Source: Carcharhinus longimanus (lineage: Eukaryota). Taken from it: a stretch of DNA of 64,000 nucleotides. The DNA is taken from NCBI GenBank assembly GCA_030264375.1, contig JASCQW010000150.1, positions 23,169,407-23,233,406 of the forward strand, given 5' to 3'. How positions within the stretch are numbered: position 1 is the first letter of the stretch; the number at the start of each line of letters is the position of its first letter. The notes beneath the pieces are model-generated. The model saw only the letters and a list, made by a program, of their open reading frames with translations. It ran no database searches and was not told the origin of the DNA. A program made the translations under genes and the position numbers. This document shows, one piece after another, positions 13,928 through 29,130 of the stretch.

Positions 13928-14255
13928 GTCATCATGTGGTGCAGTAGGTAGCATCCTTGTCTCTAAGCCAGAAGTTCTGGGCTCAAGTCCCACCTCAGGA
14001 ATTGATGGCCAAGGAAGGTACGTTCATAACGTGGTCAAACAGGTTGAACATGTCAACTTGTAAATCCTTTCAAAGATGCCAATGGTTGGCAATAAGAACA
14101 GGAGAGAATTCTGGTCAGCCACAGTTTTTGTGGCGTGGTACCCCTCAAGCTATAAGCCCCCATGGTGACAGACTAGCGTTCTGTTCCAGGAATTACTAGC
14201 TACAGAAGAGATAAAAGTCTGTCTTAAGGCACCACTCGATGTAAAAAGAGAATTG
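13928..14255 (+). mobile_element. tRNA-derived SINE, unassigned family
   Basis: A box tggtgcagtagg and B-box-like ggctcaagtcc at tRNA spacing. Ends in (ggaatt) repeats. Confidence 0.6.
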
Positions 14256-16411
14256 GAATTGGAATGATTCATAGCAAGCCCTATATAGTTTTTAGTACCC
14301 TGCTTATTTACTTCCTACCTCTGTGTGTAGCGCATGGAACAAAACATGCCAATAACAAGACTCACTATCTTGTTTTGAACAATTCATTGTAAACTCTGAA
14401 TGACATCCCTTAGGATCAAACTAATTGCTTTTTGTTTTCCCAAATCCAATCTATACACAAATACAAAAATAAGATTTCTGGTTTCGGGTTTTTATCTTTA
14501 ATGTAGCCTCAAGAAACAGACTGCAAAATGTACTGGTCTTAATATGTTGGAACATGCAAGTTTTGGTACATTGATAGTATAATGAATTCTGCAGTCATCA
14601 TAATTTGATCTAATGCAATAAGAGCTCCGACCTGAAGATTCTATTGCAGTAAGAAAAAGAAGGTAGAATTGAGAAGTGATTAGCATAGAACAGTTTGTGG
14701 CAATTATTCATCTTGTACAAAGATCTCAGCAATGGTCCGTATGATCAGAATCTTGAAAATACTTAACATAAATGACTAATCCAAACTAGGCCTTACACAG
14801 ATATGTATCTTTTAGTTAATTTACTCATCTTTTCATAAGTGAACTTGAAGGGCTGTGAAAACACTGTCGAAGGAAAGACTTGGTTTCATTTCAATAAAAG
14901 ATGCTGAAGGCAGGATGCTCATTACCAAAGTACCTAACACTTTAGCTCTGCTGCTGTTCTTGCACATTTGCAGGCTGCAAATGGTCACTAATCTTGAGCA
15001 TGAAGCCAGAGGGCTGCAGAGAAAGGTGGTCCGAAATCTCTGATAAAACGCCAGCAAAGTTACACAATGACAACTAAAGCATATTGATATTGAACTGCTG
15101 TCAGTAGCAATGTGCTGAAGGGAAACTCCAGCAATATTATTAAAATATATTATTGATCGATTGTCATTTACTAGCCAACATTGCATGGCTGCTACATTGG
15201 TCCTGAAAGGAATAGAAACATGGCAGATTTCATTTCAAAGAAAAATATTTTCCAAATGTCACAGAAGTTGATGAAGTAAACTGAGCGATTCAACTCTTGC
15301 CCTGAATGTGTTGAAAGGGGTGAGAAAATTGATTTCCTGAGACACTGTGTAGGAGTAGAGACTCCTGCTTCATCTCGCTCAAATACGTCATTACTAATGA
15401 AATGACATGTTAATCACACATCAAAAACCAGCCTCTTCCAGTATGAAGATTTAAAAATAGATCAATTCTCCATGTAGAATTTTCTTTATGCTGTTATCTA
15501 CTCAAGGTAACATAATTTAGCAATAATGTACATAAATACAACTTTTGGATTCATTATCAGGAGCTTCCCCAACTACGAATAATGATAGCTGATTGTGAGC
15601 TGATATGTTAAGCAGCTTCTCAAACAAAATGCTGCCCATTTGTTTTACTATAAAATCTTGTCATGATAAAATGATTTCAATATCTTCTCAATATTCACTG
15701 ACCTTAAATTTTGCAGCTTGAGGAGTGAGCCCCAGCTTAGATGATCACATTCCTGCCTCCAAGTCAACAAGTAACGCATTTGAGTCCAATTCCAGACCCA
15801 GCCTCCGTAACACCACCACCACCAAATCTCTCGCTGAATGTCAGCCCATTGATTAGGGACCGAAGTTTTGGCCAGCAAGCAGAAGGCCAAAACTTCGGCC
15901 CCTAAACAATGGGCTAACATTTAGTGAGATACTCACAGTAGGAATGAGGTGTTTGTATCCACAACACCCCCACCAACCGAGATCAGCTCCCCCGCCCAAG
16001 TCAGGTTATCTATTATTGTAATTAGAGAAATATCCCAGATCATGAACTGCTGGATGCGAAAGCATTGGAACCAATATTGTGTCCTTGTGCACATCCAGGA
16101 GAACATGCATTTCTATCAGTTCCTGGATATTCCTCCCACCTTGAACAATCTCCATTTTATTTTTCCTTTTCCCCATTGCTATAAAAGAAAGCATTTGATC
16201 ATCCCCCAACTTCAGTAATAATACCCCTCTGTCTTGCCAATTCAAATACCAGTTCCCTCACACCTCACCTAATGGAGTACAATTAAGAGTCCATAGCAGA
16301 TATTTGAACTATTATTTTACATCACAAAATTTTTCCCACAGGAGGTAACAATTATTTAAAATGTTAAAAAATGAAGTTGTACAACATTTGTTATGGCTGA
16401 GATAAATGAAG

Positions 16412-16592
16412 TGGAGATGCCAGCGCTGGACTGGGGTAAACACAGCAAGAAGTCGCNNNNNNNNNNNNNNNNNNNNNNNNNNNNNNNNNNNNNNNNNNNN
16501 NNNNNNNNNNNNNNNNNNNNNNNNNNNNNNNNNNNNNNNNNNNNNNNNNNNNNNNNNCTGTTGGACTTTAACCTGGTGTTGTGAGACTTCTT
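16412..16592. mobile_element. Miniature fold-back insertion of the same Penelope-like 3' end
   Basis: The left part is the reverse complement of the family terminus and the right part is the same end forward. The centre is an N gap. gctgagataaatgaag is duplicated at 16396-16411 and 16593-16608. Confidence 0.85.
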
Positions 16593-18293
16593 GCTGAGAT
16601 AAATGAAGCCAACTGTCTCGTAAAGAAATAAACTATCCGTTGCTATTGAATTACAAAACCCATTCGCCTCTATTGAGATCCAACAGCATTCAGCGTGTTT
16701 ATTTCTTGTTACACTGTTGTCTCCTATCTATTCTATACGGGCCGCCAGACAATCCAAAAGCAAATACAGATAAATCATTGCACAAGATATGCTGAGAAAA
16801 AGCCTGTTATGAGCAAATGACCTGAAATGTGAACCATTCCTGAGTGAGACTTGCCAAGTTCAACTGACGCCACACCTCAAATTATAAATCCTTAAAGAAC
16901 AATAGATAATATTTTATCTCTTACAGTGTGAAATCCCTTGTTTTTTTCCAACAGAGAGCAGTAAAATAATACCATGCTGGGAAGAACATCACAGGGATAT
17001 TACAATCTTTGCTGTTTTACGCAGTGATCCACCCAGAATTTGTGCACTGCATCCCAGAAATTGTGAACTGCATCCTCAAAGAAAGACCCTTTTTCAAGTC
17101 TTGGTATATATTTGTTCCCTCAGTATTACTATAGAACATATAGTGGATTAGCAGTTTGATACCAACTAGTGTGATAGTTGGGGTAGTCCAGAAACGTATG
17201 TAAACAAGAAGATGTCGTTTCCAACTCAGATCAGAATGGAAAGTCACCTCGTAGAGTAAATGGGTCTTTTGATAAGCTCAGATGTGAACAAAATGGATAT
17301 TGTCTCTTTAACCTCGAAATTTGAAATGTACTTCACTGGCAGAACTGAGAAGCTCTTATTTGCATCCAGTTAGTGCAGTCCCGCTGGAATCAAGGAGGCT
17401 GATTGCACAGGAACATGAAGTTCCAGGAGAGCAAATGTCCACTAAAATAACTTACACATTAAAAAAGATCAAATTTTACATTTCAATGTGAGATAAAAGT
17501 ATTAAAATTTCCACTCTGGAAATTGTTGCTGTCAACATTAGTAGCTGAATTTTAATACACCCAGGTTCAGTATTTTAATGTAAACATGGAGTGGTCTATT
17601 TTAAATGGGTTAATACTTCAGTTAAAATAGCTGTCAAAGAAATGTTATTCTGTGCTTCATATTTTAGTTTGTTAATATCAGTAACACTAATTTTTCTTTA
17701 ATTGTGTAGTACAAATGGTCACAGGAAATATTTGTAATTTAGCAGACAGTTTTTGACAAGATTTGACAAGAGCATCTGGTTTAACAACTACATAATTCTG
17801 TGAGTTATGAAAATCTGTTCAATAATGCTTTTCATTAGTTCTTATAATCTCATTTGTTAGTCAGAATAAAAAATATACTCAGCAAGTTTTGGCAGATTAA
17901 AGATACATTTCAGGGCTTGGATTAAAATAGTTTTAAATAGCTGACCTGTAAAATCAAAACTTTAGCACCAAAAAGAATATTTCATTATAATAATGAAGTA
18001 TTCTCCATCAGTTCCTTGACACATTCAGATAATGTATTTCCATGTGAATGTCGCTTGCTACAATTCAACAATGGGACCTTGTCAATGGACCTTGCCCATT
18101 ATTCATCTAAGTGTTTTGCAGTCGCACAAGTCCAGTGCAGTATACTGTACATAATCATTTATTCAGATCACCGTTTCAAATAAAGCAGAAAACTTTGATA
18201 TAAAGAAACTTTGCAAGCTATTCGTAGTGACATTAGGCTAATATGATGTAAAAAAAGGCACAAGTTAAACAATGAAAGCTAATCATGATGTCA

Positions 18294-18851
<558 letters not shown>

Positions 18852-19547
18852 TCAGATACGATCATTAATAAATGTTGACATGCTTCTTACACTTTATACT
18901 TGAGATCATTATAATACATAAGATTTAAAGAGGATTTTTGAATAATTCTCCCAAATACCTGTCAGTAATTACAGAATTCTACAGAATCATAGAATAAAAT
19001 CATAGCATAATAATTGTAATGGGTTGGTACAAATACTACAAACATGTTGTCATGGAAATATAATTCTTAAACTTTAAGTGAAAGATTTTCTCACCCCCTC
19101 TTTTGCAACACTTCCAATGTTAGGATCTCTTGTTTTCCTATTAAACAGATCTTTAACAACTTTATATCTGAATGTAGAAGCAATATGCAGAATGAACTTT
19201 AATCAGCTTTCCTCAGCTTTGATCTTCTCAGAACCAGAAATTTTCATTAAACAGAGATCTGTGATCATTTCCCTATGTTCGGCTTCTGTCACTTTTCAAA
19301 ATTTCTGATGAACAGAGCAGATAAACTACATTCTTGGAAATAACTTCCTCGCCAATGTAACTGCTGGCCATCTGGTCATCTTCTGACAAACAACTCCATT
19401 TAGCAAAGAACATGCTTGTTACTGTCTGGTCTCTTAAGGATGCAGCACACAAGTGCAGATTTAAAGATACACACATCATTAAATGTATAGTATGGTTGTA
19501 TTTCATAATAGTTTAAGAGAGTTACCTATTTGGAGTGATTCAAATTT

Positions 19548-19733
19548 TTGATTTGATTTGATTTATTATTGTCACTTGTATTAACATACAGTGAAAAGTA
19601 CTGTTTCTCGCACGCTATACAGACAAAACATACCTTTCATAGAGAAGGAAACGAGAGAGTGCAGAATGTAGTGTTACTGTCATAGCTAAGGTGTAGACAA
19701 AGATCAACTTAATGCAAGGTAAGTCCATTCAAA
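19548..19733 (-). mobile_element. LINE 3' end with (TCAAA)n tail, Rex1/L2-like
   Basis: Minus strand ends ...gtgacaataataaatcaaatcaaatcaaa. Confidence 0.6.
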
Positions 19734-21189
19734 ATATACTGCCACTCTTCTGTTTCATTGTAAGGCAGGTGGGGTTCAGTGCACACAAGCTTACCTTAGT
19801 GTCACGCAGTCTTTTGGTTTTATTGAACAGTTACTTGGACATCTAGCGTGAAATACAATATTGGTAATGGGGTTGTTACATACCAGCTAAAGATCCAGTG
19901 AGAACCTCAAGTCGTCTCTTTTCACATAGGCCTGCCACATTAACTACCAATCTGGGCAGCAACTGGTCTTCTTCAGGATTGAGGGGCAGAGGTCCTGCTC
20001 ACCAACAGCTGTGAGTCAATTAGAAGTTGGCAGTTCTTCACTGTTCAACAGCACCACTGGGGAGATGGTGGCTGCTGCCAGCAATGCACCCACCCAAGGT
20101 CCAGGATAGCCAAGGTACCCCAGGCAACGGTGATGGGATGGTGTCAGCAGCAAGGACATCAGACTGGCACTCAGCAGGCGTCACCACCCCTTTCCGATGC
20201 TGAGTCCCTCAATCAAATACTGAGTGCTTTTGTAAAAGGACTACCCACAGAAATCTGCAAGCAACTGCAAAAGGATTTGTTTTTTAGGCTTCCCGTACAG
20301 TGAGTTTCCTGGTTGCCATTGGGTAAATACCAGTGATGGCATTAATTAGCCATTTCAGGACCTCAATTGGCAGTGGGCCAGGAAGGCTGCCCATGAATCT
20401 CCCCAACCCAGATTTAATTGAGGCAGAGGTATGAAGGATGCAGGGTCCCTACCCACTCACCTTCCCGCACATGAATGAGTCTCCCTGCCACAAATATTGC
20501 CATGAGGAAGGTCATCAAATTTGATGCCACAGTTCTTTACAGATGATAAAAAATTTAAAACTGAAATTTAACACATTTGTTCTGTCACTGAAAAGCCAAA
20601 GGTGCCACCTCAACCCTTATCAAAACCACACCTTAAATGTCCAGCAACATCACTTCTCAGTTAAAGTACAGTACTTCTGCTGAGGTTAGGTGAAAATACA
20701 CCCAATCATTTCAAAATCTTGCAAAAAAAACCCAGATAACAGAATTTACCTAAACCAGTAGCCTGTTAAAATGACCCAGTTTTATTTTAGCTTTTGATGG
20801 AATAAGTGTCTGATTTCCATCAGTGTTTTTTGAATAAAAATACACAAGACAAGAAAATTTTTATTCTGTCACAACTCATCAGTTTGCACTGTGATAACAA
20901 TCCTTTTAACATTTTGAGAATTTTATCTTTTGAATTTAAGTTTGGGGAATGCTGTAAAGTAAGAACAATCTTTTACTCATATTGAACAAAAAAAACAGAA
21001 GTTCGTAACAGATTATGTACATTTTTCCACGATTTACAGTTACAAATCACCATTTATATAGAGGACAGTGAAGATATAGTCCTATTGATTACCCAGTCAT
21101 AACATTTTAAATAATTGACATCCATGATGGCTACATGTGGTTTTCTTTTTATTTCTTTATGAGAATCATTTGCTCTTTTGTGGCATGCA

Positions 21190-21545
21190 ACTAAAACCCA
21201 CCTTTATATAGTACTTTTAATGTCACAAAATGTCCCAAAACCCTTTACCAGATTGTAATCAAGCAAAAACTGATTCTAACCTAAACCAAAGGAGATATTT
21301 GAACAGGTGAAAAATACTTTGTCAAAGAGATAGGTTTTAAAGGGGGAGTGAAAGGTAGAAAGACGGAATGGCTTCAGATGTGAACTGAAGAGGTCAAGGC
21401 ATGGCCAACAACAGCAGGTGAACAGAGTAGAGTTGCAAAATGGTCCAGAATTGGAGGAACACAGAGATCTTGGGGAGCTGTACCACTGGATGATGTTACA
21501 AAGAATAGGGAGGGGCAAGACCATGCCCAGAAGATGAAGCAGACA
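21190..21545 (-). mobile_element. Old L2 3' fragment
   Basis: Reverse complement of the L2 3' region (ttgtcaaagagataggttttaa...ccagaattggaggaacacagagatct). Confidence 0.65.
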
Positions 21546-21555
21546 TTTCAACAAT

Positions 21556-23949
21556 TCCCAAATATTGACTGGAATCTCCCTAGGGTAAGAGGTTTAGATA
21601 GGGAGGAGTTTGTTAGGTGTGTTCAGGAGGGTTTCTTGACACAGTATGTGGATAAGCCTACAAGGCTGTACTTGATTTGGTATTGGGAAGTGAACCTGGA
21701 CAGGTGTCAGATCTCTCAGTGGGAGAGCATTTTGGGGATAGTGATCATAACTCTATCTCCTTTACATTAGCATTGGACAGAGTTAGGATCAGACAAGCTA
21801 GGAAAGCGTTTATTTGGAGTAAGGGGAATTATGAAGCTATCAGGAAGGAAATTCGAGGCATAAATTGGAAAGAGGTTTTCTCAGGGAAATGTACAGAAGA
21901 AATGTGGCAAATTTTCAAGGAATGTTTGTCTGGAGTTCTGCACAGCAACATTCCAATGAGACAGGGAAGTTATGGTAGGTTACAGGAACCACGGTGCACG
22001 AAAGCTGTAATGAGTTTAGTCAAGAAGAAAAGAAAAGCTTACAAAAGGTTCAGGGAGCTAGGTAATGTTAGAGATCTAGAAGAGTATACGGCTAGTAGGA
22101 AGGAACTTAAGAAGGAAATTAGGAGAGCCGGAAGGAGTCACGAGAAGGCCTTGGCAGGTAGGATTAAGGAAAACCAAGGCATTCTACAAGTATGTGAAGA
22201 GCAAGAGGATAAGACGTGAAGGAATAGGACTGATCAAGTGTGACGGTGGAAAGGTTTGTTATAGAACCGGTAGAAATTGCAGAGGTACTCAATGAATACT
22301 TTACTTCAGTATTCACACTGGAAAAGAATCTTAGTGGTTGTAGTGCAGACTTGCAGCGGACTGAAAAGCTTGAGCATGTCGACATTAAGAAAGATGTGTT
22401 GGAGCTTTTGAAAAGTATCAACTTAGATAAGTCACCGGGACCGGATCGGATGTACCCCAGGTTACTGTGGGAGGCGAGGGAAGAGATTGCTGAACCTCTG
22501 GCAATGATCTTTGCATCATCAATGGAGATGGGAGTGGTTCCAGAGGATTGGAGGATTGCGGATGTGGTTGCTTTATTCAAGAAAGGGAGAAGGGAGAGCC
22601 CAGGAAATTATAGACCCAGTGAATCTAACCTCAGTGGTTGGTAAGTCGATGGAGAAGATCCTGAGAGGCAGGATTTATAACATTTGGAGAGGTATAGTAG
22701 GATCAAGAACAGTCAGCATGGCTTTGTCAAAGGCAGATCATGCCTTGCGAGCCTGGTTGAGTTTTTNNNNNNNNNNNNNNNNNNNNNNNNNNNNNNNNNN
22801 NNNNNNNNNNNNNNNNNNNNNNNNNNNNNNNNNNNNNNNNNNNNNNNNNNNNNNNNNNNNNNNNNNNNNNNNNNNNNNNNNNNNNNNNNNNNNNNNNNNN
22901 NNNNNNNNNNNNNNNNNNNNNNNNNNNNNNNNNNNNNNNNNNNNNNNNNNNNNNNNNNNNNNNNNNNNNNNNNNNNNNNNNNNNNNNNNNNNNNNNNNNN
23001 NNNNNNNNNNNNNNNNNNNNNNNNNNNNNNNNNNNNNNNNNNNNNNNNNNNNNNNNNNNNNNNNNNNNNNNNNNNNNNNNNNNNNNNNNNNNNNNNNNNN
23101 NNNNNNNNNNNNNNNNNNNNNNNNNNNNNNNNNNNNNNNNNNNNNNNNNNNNNNNNNNNNNNNNNNNNNNNNNNNNNNNNNNNNNNNNNNNNNNNNNNNN
23201 NNNNNNNNNNNNNNNNNNNNNNNNNNNNNNNNNNNNNNNNNNNNNNNNNNNNNNNNNNNNNNNNNNNNNNNNNNNNNNNNNNNNNNNNNNNNNNNNNNNN
23301 NNNNNNNNNNNNNNNNNNNNNNNNNNNNNNNNNNNNNNNNNNNNNNNNNNNNNNNNNNNNNNNNNNNNNNNNNNNNNNNNNNNNNNNNNNNNNNNNNNNN
23401 NNNNNNNNNNNNNNNNNNNNNNNNNNNNNNNNNNNNNNNNNNNNNNNNNNNNNNNNNNNNNNNNNNNNNNNNNNNNNNNNNNNNNNNNNNNNNNNNNNNN
23501 NNNNNNNNNNNNNNNNNNNNNNNNNNNNNNNNNNNNNNNNNNNNNNNNNNNNNNNNNNNNNNNNNNNNNNNNNNNNNNNNNNNNNNNNNNNNNNNNNNNN
23601 NNNNNNNNNNNNNNNNNNNNNNNNNNNNNNNNNNNAGTGGATAGTCAGAGGCTTTTTCCCAGGGCTGAAATGGTTGCCACAAGAGGACACATGTTTAAGG
23701 TGCTGGGGAATAGGTACAGAGGGGATGTCAGGGATAAGTTTTTCAGTCAGCGAGTGGTGGGTGCGTAGAATGGGCTGCCAGCAACAGTGGTGGAGATGGA
23801 TTTGATAGGGTCTTTTAAGAGACTTTTAGGTAAGTACATGGAACTTAGTAAGATAGAGGATTACAGATAAGCCTGGTAATCTCTAAGATAGGGACATGTT
23901 CGGCACAACTTTGTGTGTACTGTGCTGTAGTTTTTCTATGTTTCTATGT
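21556..23949 (+). mobile_element. 5'-truncated CR1 LINE (endonuclease end, RT, 3' UTR), frameshifted
   Basis: FPNIDW...FLTQYVDKPTR, HFGDSDHNSISF, KSPGPDRMYPRLL, VPEDWRIADVVALFKKG..PGNYRP, SQHGFVKGRSCL. Has a (tttctatg)n tail. aacaat is duplicated at 21550-21555 and 23950-23955. Confidence 0.93.
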
Positions 23950-26721
23950 AACAATGTACTGAGAATTTTAGCCAATCCAGACCAGACAAGCATCAAAAAT
24001 GCTAATGGATTTTCATCATCCATGAAAAAACGACTTGCATTTTTATAATGCTTTTTACAACCACCAGATATCTCAACCTGCTTTACAGTCAGTGAAGTAC
24101 TTTTTGAAATACAGGTACAAATGCTTTTGAAATGCAGGAAACATGGGTTTTAACTTTTTGATGTACTGAAATTTGAAAAGTGTTTTGGTCAATTTTCAAG
24201 CTCTAACCATACTTGTTGAAGGTACACTTGAACAGATTAGGTAAAATCCTGGATTAACAAACTAAGTTTGAAATACATGTTCCAAATTGGACTATCAAAT
24301 TTTGTGAACAACAATGGCCAGATTAACAAATGACTATCATCATCTCTGGAAGCTAGGTTCAATACCAATATAAAATAGGAGCAATATATTCTCTAAGGCA
24401 GGTCTTGAAATTTCTTGTATTAATAGATTTAGTGTAGGCTTTTGCCAAATAATTAAAATGATTTAATCAAAGCCATGGTTATATTTAAAGTACAGTTATA
24501 GTGTTTCCTTAATGCCAACACCCAAGTATCTTTAATGACATGAATGTGGCAGTATAATTGAGCTGGATTGGCAGCCTGGATCTAGTTCCCCTGAAACACG
24601 AGGTGCAAACCANNNNNNNNNNNNNNNNNNNNNNNNNNNNNNNNNNNNNNNNNNNNNNNNNNNNNTGGATTTTAAAAAGCAACCAAGGTGGGATTTTATA
24701 AACATATTTTCAATCTTTTGACACTATAAGAAAACGGACGCTTCGGCCCATTCTCTCCTGATATTAAAAATAAGCACTCCAAGGAGCTGTACTTCTATCC
24801 AAGTCAACGTGCACAAAGCTTCATTGTTGTTGAGTTCATAACACAAAGGACGGGCAACAAAACCTATCCTGGGTCTGCTGCCTTGACAGTTGCATAGCCA
24901 CAACTCCAATCAGCAGCAATATTATAACCTTGACCTAAATAATTACAAAAATGCTGCTGCTGCTTCTAGCTTAACTCTTTCTAATGTGAACCAGCCAAAA
25001 TTCCGGAGTGGAATTTCCCAGATATTCAGTGCCACACACAGGAATTGAATACTCAGAGGGGCTGATGCTTAGACAAGTTCAGCTCCTGGGGCAGCTTGGT
25101 TTCAAAATTCCAAGGCAATTCCAGCATGTTTAGCTCACATGAACCATGCCACCACAAATGTGATATCTACCGTAGTGTGAAACTCTACTGTGCCCTTTTT
25201 TGTGCATTAATGTAATTGTCCATTTAAAGTATGAAATATACATTTAGCACCTTGCAAAGTAACACACTGGTTACAAGCCAATTAGCCTCCGCACATGTGG
25301 ATTCCATCCTGCAGCTAGTATGAATTAACTGTTTCCTGTCTCATAAATGACGACCAAAAATATACAGCTGTATCCATTCTATAAGAATTGTGTATTCTAT
25401 GGAATACTTACAGATTATCAAGTCTAATGGACATTCGGTCGATATGATGTTGAATAAATGCAAGGTCAAAACAGGGATTATTTTTGATTGATTAACAGAT
25501 CCTGAAAGTCTTATGGCTGTTTTTTCCTTAATGCAATCAGTTTGGTGGAAGTAAAATGTTGGTGGGTCTTTGCATTTTAAATATATAGGTTCAGGCTACT
25601 TCAAATTACAACAATGGGGATGTGATCTTTCCCTTTTGATTCAGATTACTCCCATTAGGATGCTGACAATTACAGGGAGCACATTTCTACCAGCGTGTGG
25701 GGAAATTGCCAGCTCACACCAACTCCTTCAAACCTCTTCAGGAGAGCTTGAAATTCAATACTGATAAACAAGAGCGGCCATTAATCACAGTTACTGCCCA
25801 GTTAGTGCAATTATTTTTGCTATTAATAGGACACTTAGCAAGTGTTTCCAAACTAAACTAGTTACAGTTAAATGTACTAATGATGGGATGATTATCAAAT
25901 AGAACTAATAGAAGTAGAATGTGTCCTCCATAAGACTTTCATTTCTCTTCAGTAGAACCATGTGTAGTGGATCAGGAGTATACAGTATGTAAATAAATGT
26001 ACATTCTTACATACATATCTTGTTGAACAGCACTGAGGTCTCTTTACAGTGTAGCCACAATAATCACCACAGTGTGGGTGGAGCTTTAGTACATAAAACT
26101 GCATTGTCAACTTGTAATCTGCTGATTTGAGCTCTTCCCACAGAACAGCAACCATAGTCAAAGATAATGTTTCTCAGCATTCCTGGTGTCATTCTTTTGT
26201 TTAAATTAGATGGCAAGTTTCCCAACCCCAAAAGTCTAACACTGTCCTAAAGTTCACCCGGGACTTAATTGTTTTCATGCACCATCATGGCCAGTTACAG
26301 AGACAAACCAACAGCCATGCTGTCATAATGAGTTTGTACAGATCTCACTAAAAATAGCATCCGAGACAACAGAAAAAAACAAAGTCATTTAGGCAACAGA
26401 AAGATCCAGTGCTGTATTCAGACTCTACACAAAACATCTGAGCTAATTTTAATTTTACTAGATTCATAGGCTTGTACAAGAATTGTGCAGGCAGACAACA
26501 TAATTCCAGCCACGTGCACTCCAATAACAGACTAAAAAACAAACTCAGAACTCAGTATCTTAATGAATCATTTGGTCAACTATAAATATATCTTTGGGTG
26601 CAACACTGTGGATCATTTATTCTAAAACATTCTTTGGTACTCCACAGAACACAATAGCTAAAAACAGAATTAAAGCAGTGTTAATATTTTCATATGCTAC
26701 TCCACATGTAAAATCCTTAAA

Positions 26722-27050
26722 GTGGCTTTGCAGAGTAAATGTTGCAAGGATGTTTCCATGGGTGAGGAGCCCAGAACCAGGAGTTATAGTTTCAACCATT
26801 TAGCATCCAGATGAGGAGCAATTTCTTCACTCAAAGTTTTGTGAATCTTTGGCATTATCTATCCCAGACAGCTGTGGACGTTCAAATATTCAAGGCAAGA
26901 GATCGATAGGTGTTTGGATACTAAGGTAGTCAGTGGGATATTGGGATAGTGTGGGAAGGGATAGTGTGGCAAGGTGGAGCTGGGGTGGGTCAGCAATGGT
27001 CTTATTAAATGGCAGAGTTGGCGCAAAGGAAATTGCCTATTCCTGCTTTT
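26722..27050 (+). mobile_element. Decayed CR1 LINE 3' fragment
   Basis: Homologous to 30578-30940 (gatgaggagcaatttcttcactcaaag...gtgaatctttgg...gagatcgatagg). Confidence 0.75.
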
Positions 27051-27339
27051 AGTTTTACCAAATAAATGCTGCAATTTGTGTTCATGGATGAAAAATGGGT
27101 TTTCTGCATGAATTTAAAAATGTCAGCAGAAGATAAATGGGGAATAAACATCCCGTTGTGGTGATACCATTTTTGTGTCCACATAGACAGAAAGTATGCA
27201 ATTACTACTTGACTAGTCATCCATAGCTGCCATTCAACCTCATAGGGCCAATCTAATCAGACGGGAGTAATCTGCTTGCAAAGCCAATCAAAGCTTGCAT
27301 TAATATGGTGCATCAAAAGTTAAAAACAAAATCCCAAGA

Positions 27340-29130
27340 GACAAAATCACAGAGACAAAATTAGACAAAAATGGACACGAGGAGCCAAAAATATAATCAG
27401 CAAAGTGGATTTTAAAGGCAGTTTAAAAGAGATGAGAGAGAGGTGGAACCAAACGAGTTTAGTGAGGGAATTCTGCAGCAATGGGCCTTGGTGGCTGTGG
27501 GTATAGCTGCCAATTCTTGGCAAAGAGAGGTGGAATTACATAATAGGCCATAGAAGGAAGAACAGAAAATTAAGGATGGCTTGCATAGTTGGAAGGAATA
27601 GAAGAAATAAAGAAAGACAAAATGCGAATATTAAGGGGATCAATTTAAATTAAAGTTTGGGAGACCCAAACGTCAGTGCAGGTCAGCAGAGTCAGGAATA
27701 GTGGTTAAGAGAAGCTAAATGTGGAAGAGATTATGGACAGCAGAGTTCTGGATGAGCTGAAGTTAACAAGGGGTGGGAGGATGGGATACCATCTGGAAAA
27801 GCATTGGAATAATCGAGTTTAAGTAAACAAAGTGATGAATGAAAGTTTCAATTGCAGATGCTGAAGTCAAGGATAGAGAGGTAGGTGATGTTAGGGAAGA
27901 AGAGGTAGGTGTTTTTGTGATAGAGTGGCAATGAGGTCAGAAGTTTAGATAGGATTGAATAGGATAATGAATTTGTGAACAGTCTGATTCAACCAGAAAC
28001 AACAATCAGGGAGTGATGAAATCAGGGGCAGAAGTACAGAGTTTATGGAGGAAGCCAAGTACAATGGCTTCAATTTTTTTCATATCTAACAAGAGAAAAT
28101 TTCTATTCAACACAGACTAAATATCAGACAAGCAAAATTAAAGCACACACACAGTGAAGGATCAATGGAAGTGTAGAGGCATTGTGGATCTCATCAGCAT
28201 ACACACAGAAGCTGCACCCTTTATTGTAACTGATAGCATTTAGGGCCAGTGTGCAGACAGCGGAGCAGTGGAAGGGGGCCATAAATGAATAATTGGGGAA
28301 CTCCGATGATAAGGCAAAAAAAACACCATTGCTGACTCAAGCAATGAACAAAGAGGTAACATTAGAGGGCAATCCCATGAGCTAGACAGCAGGAGTGTTT
28401 AAGTCTAAGGTCATTTATTAGTATCACAAGTAGGATTACATTAACACTTCAATGAAGCTACTGTGAAAATCCCCTGGTCGCCACACTCCAACACCTGTTC
28501 GGGTACACTGCAGAATTTAGTGTGACCAATGCACCTAACCTGTGGTAGGAAGCCGGAGCACCCAGAGGAAACCCATGCAGATACCAGGAGAACATAGAAA
28601 CTTCATACAGAGACAGACCCAAGCCGGGAATCCAACCAGGGCTCCTGGCGCTGTGATGCAGCAGTGCTAACCACTGTTGTCCCCAAAAGAACAACAGTCC
28701 AGTCAATCAAGTTAAAGCTTCGTGTGAGGTCTTTGAGAGCAAATGCAGCACCATCACAGTTACAGATGATAGACTGTGAAACATTTCTGAGGGCTGCTTT
28801 GGTGCTGTTACAAGAGGGGAACAGATTCCAAAGACTCAAATTTGGAGTTGGCTGAAAAATGGGCATGGATTTGGGTGATAACAATATACCCAAGGACATT
28901 AAAAAGGAAAGTGCAGTTAGAAATTGGCAGCATATTGCAAGGACAGAGGGGGCAAGTAGTTTATTCTCTGAGTAGTAAGGAGAGGGAACCACAGGCAATG
29001 TCAGATAGCAGAACAGAAATTTGGTAGCAACAGTTTAATGGCAATGGAGTGAATAGAGTAGATGAATCTCAGGGAAAAGATGGGCTTGGAGAGAAGAGTG
29101 AGCAGAGAAATAAGTAAAAGATATGGAATT
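27340..29130 (-). mobile_element. Old L2 remnant, interrupted by a V-SINE
   Basis: Purine-rich antisense L2 texture. Includes tcatcagcatac (antisense YADD) near 28195 and agcattggaataatcgagt (antisense RLDYSNA). Confidence 0.65.
28411..28678 (-). mobile_element. V-SINE (tail type A), internally deleted
   Basis: Aligns to 11682-11990 with short deletions. Confidence 0.88.

Noticed and set aside
22511-23805. ORFs of more than 300 aa (also 7201-8006)
   Set aside because: Their length comes from N gaps. The real residues are CR1 or Penelope fragments.
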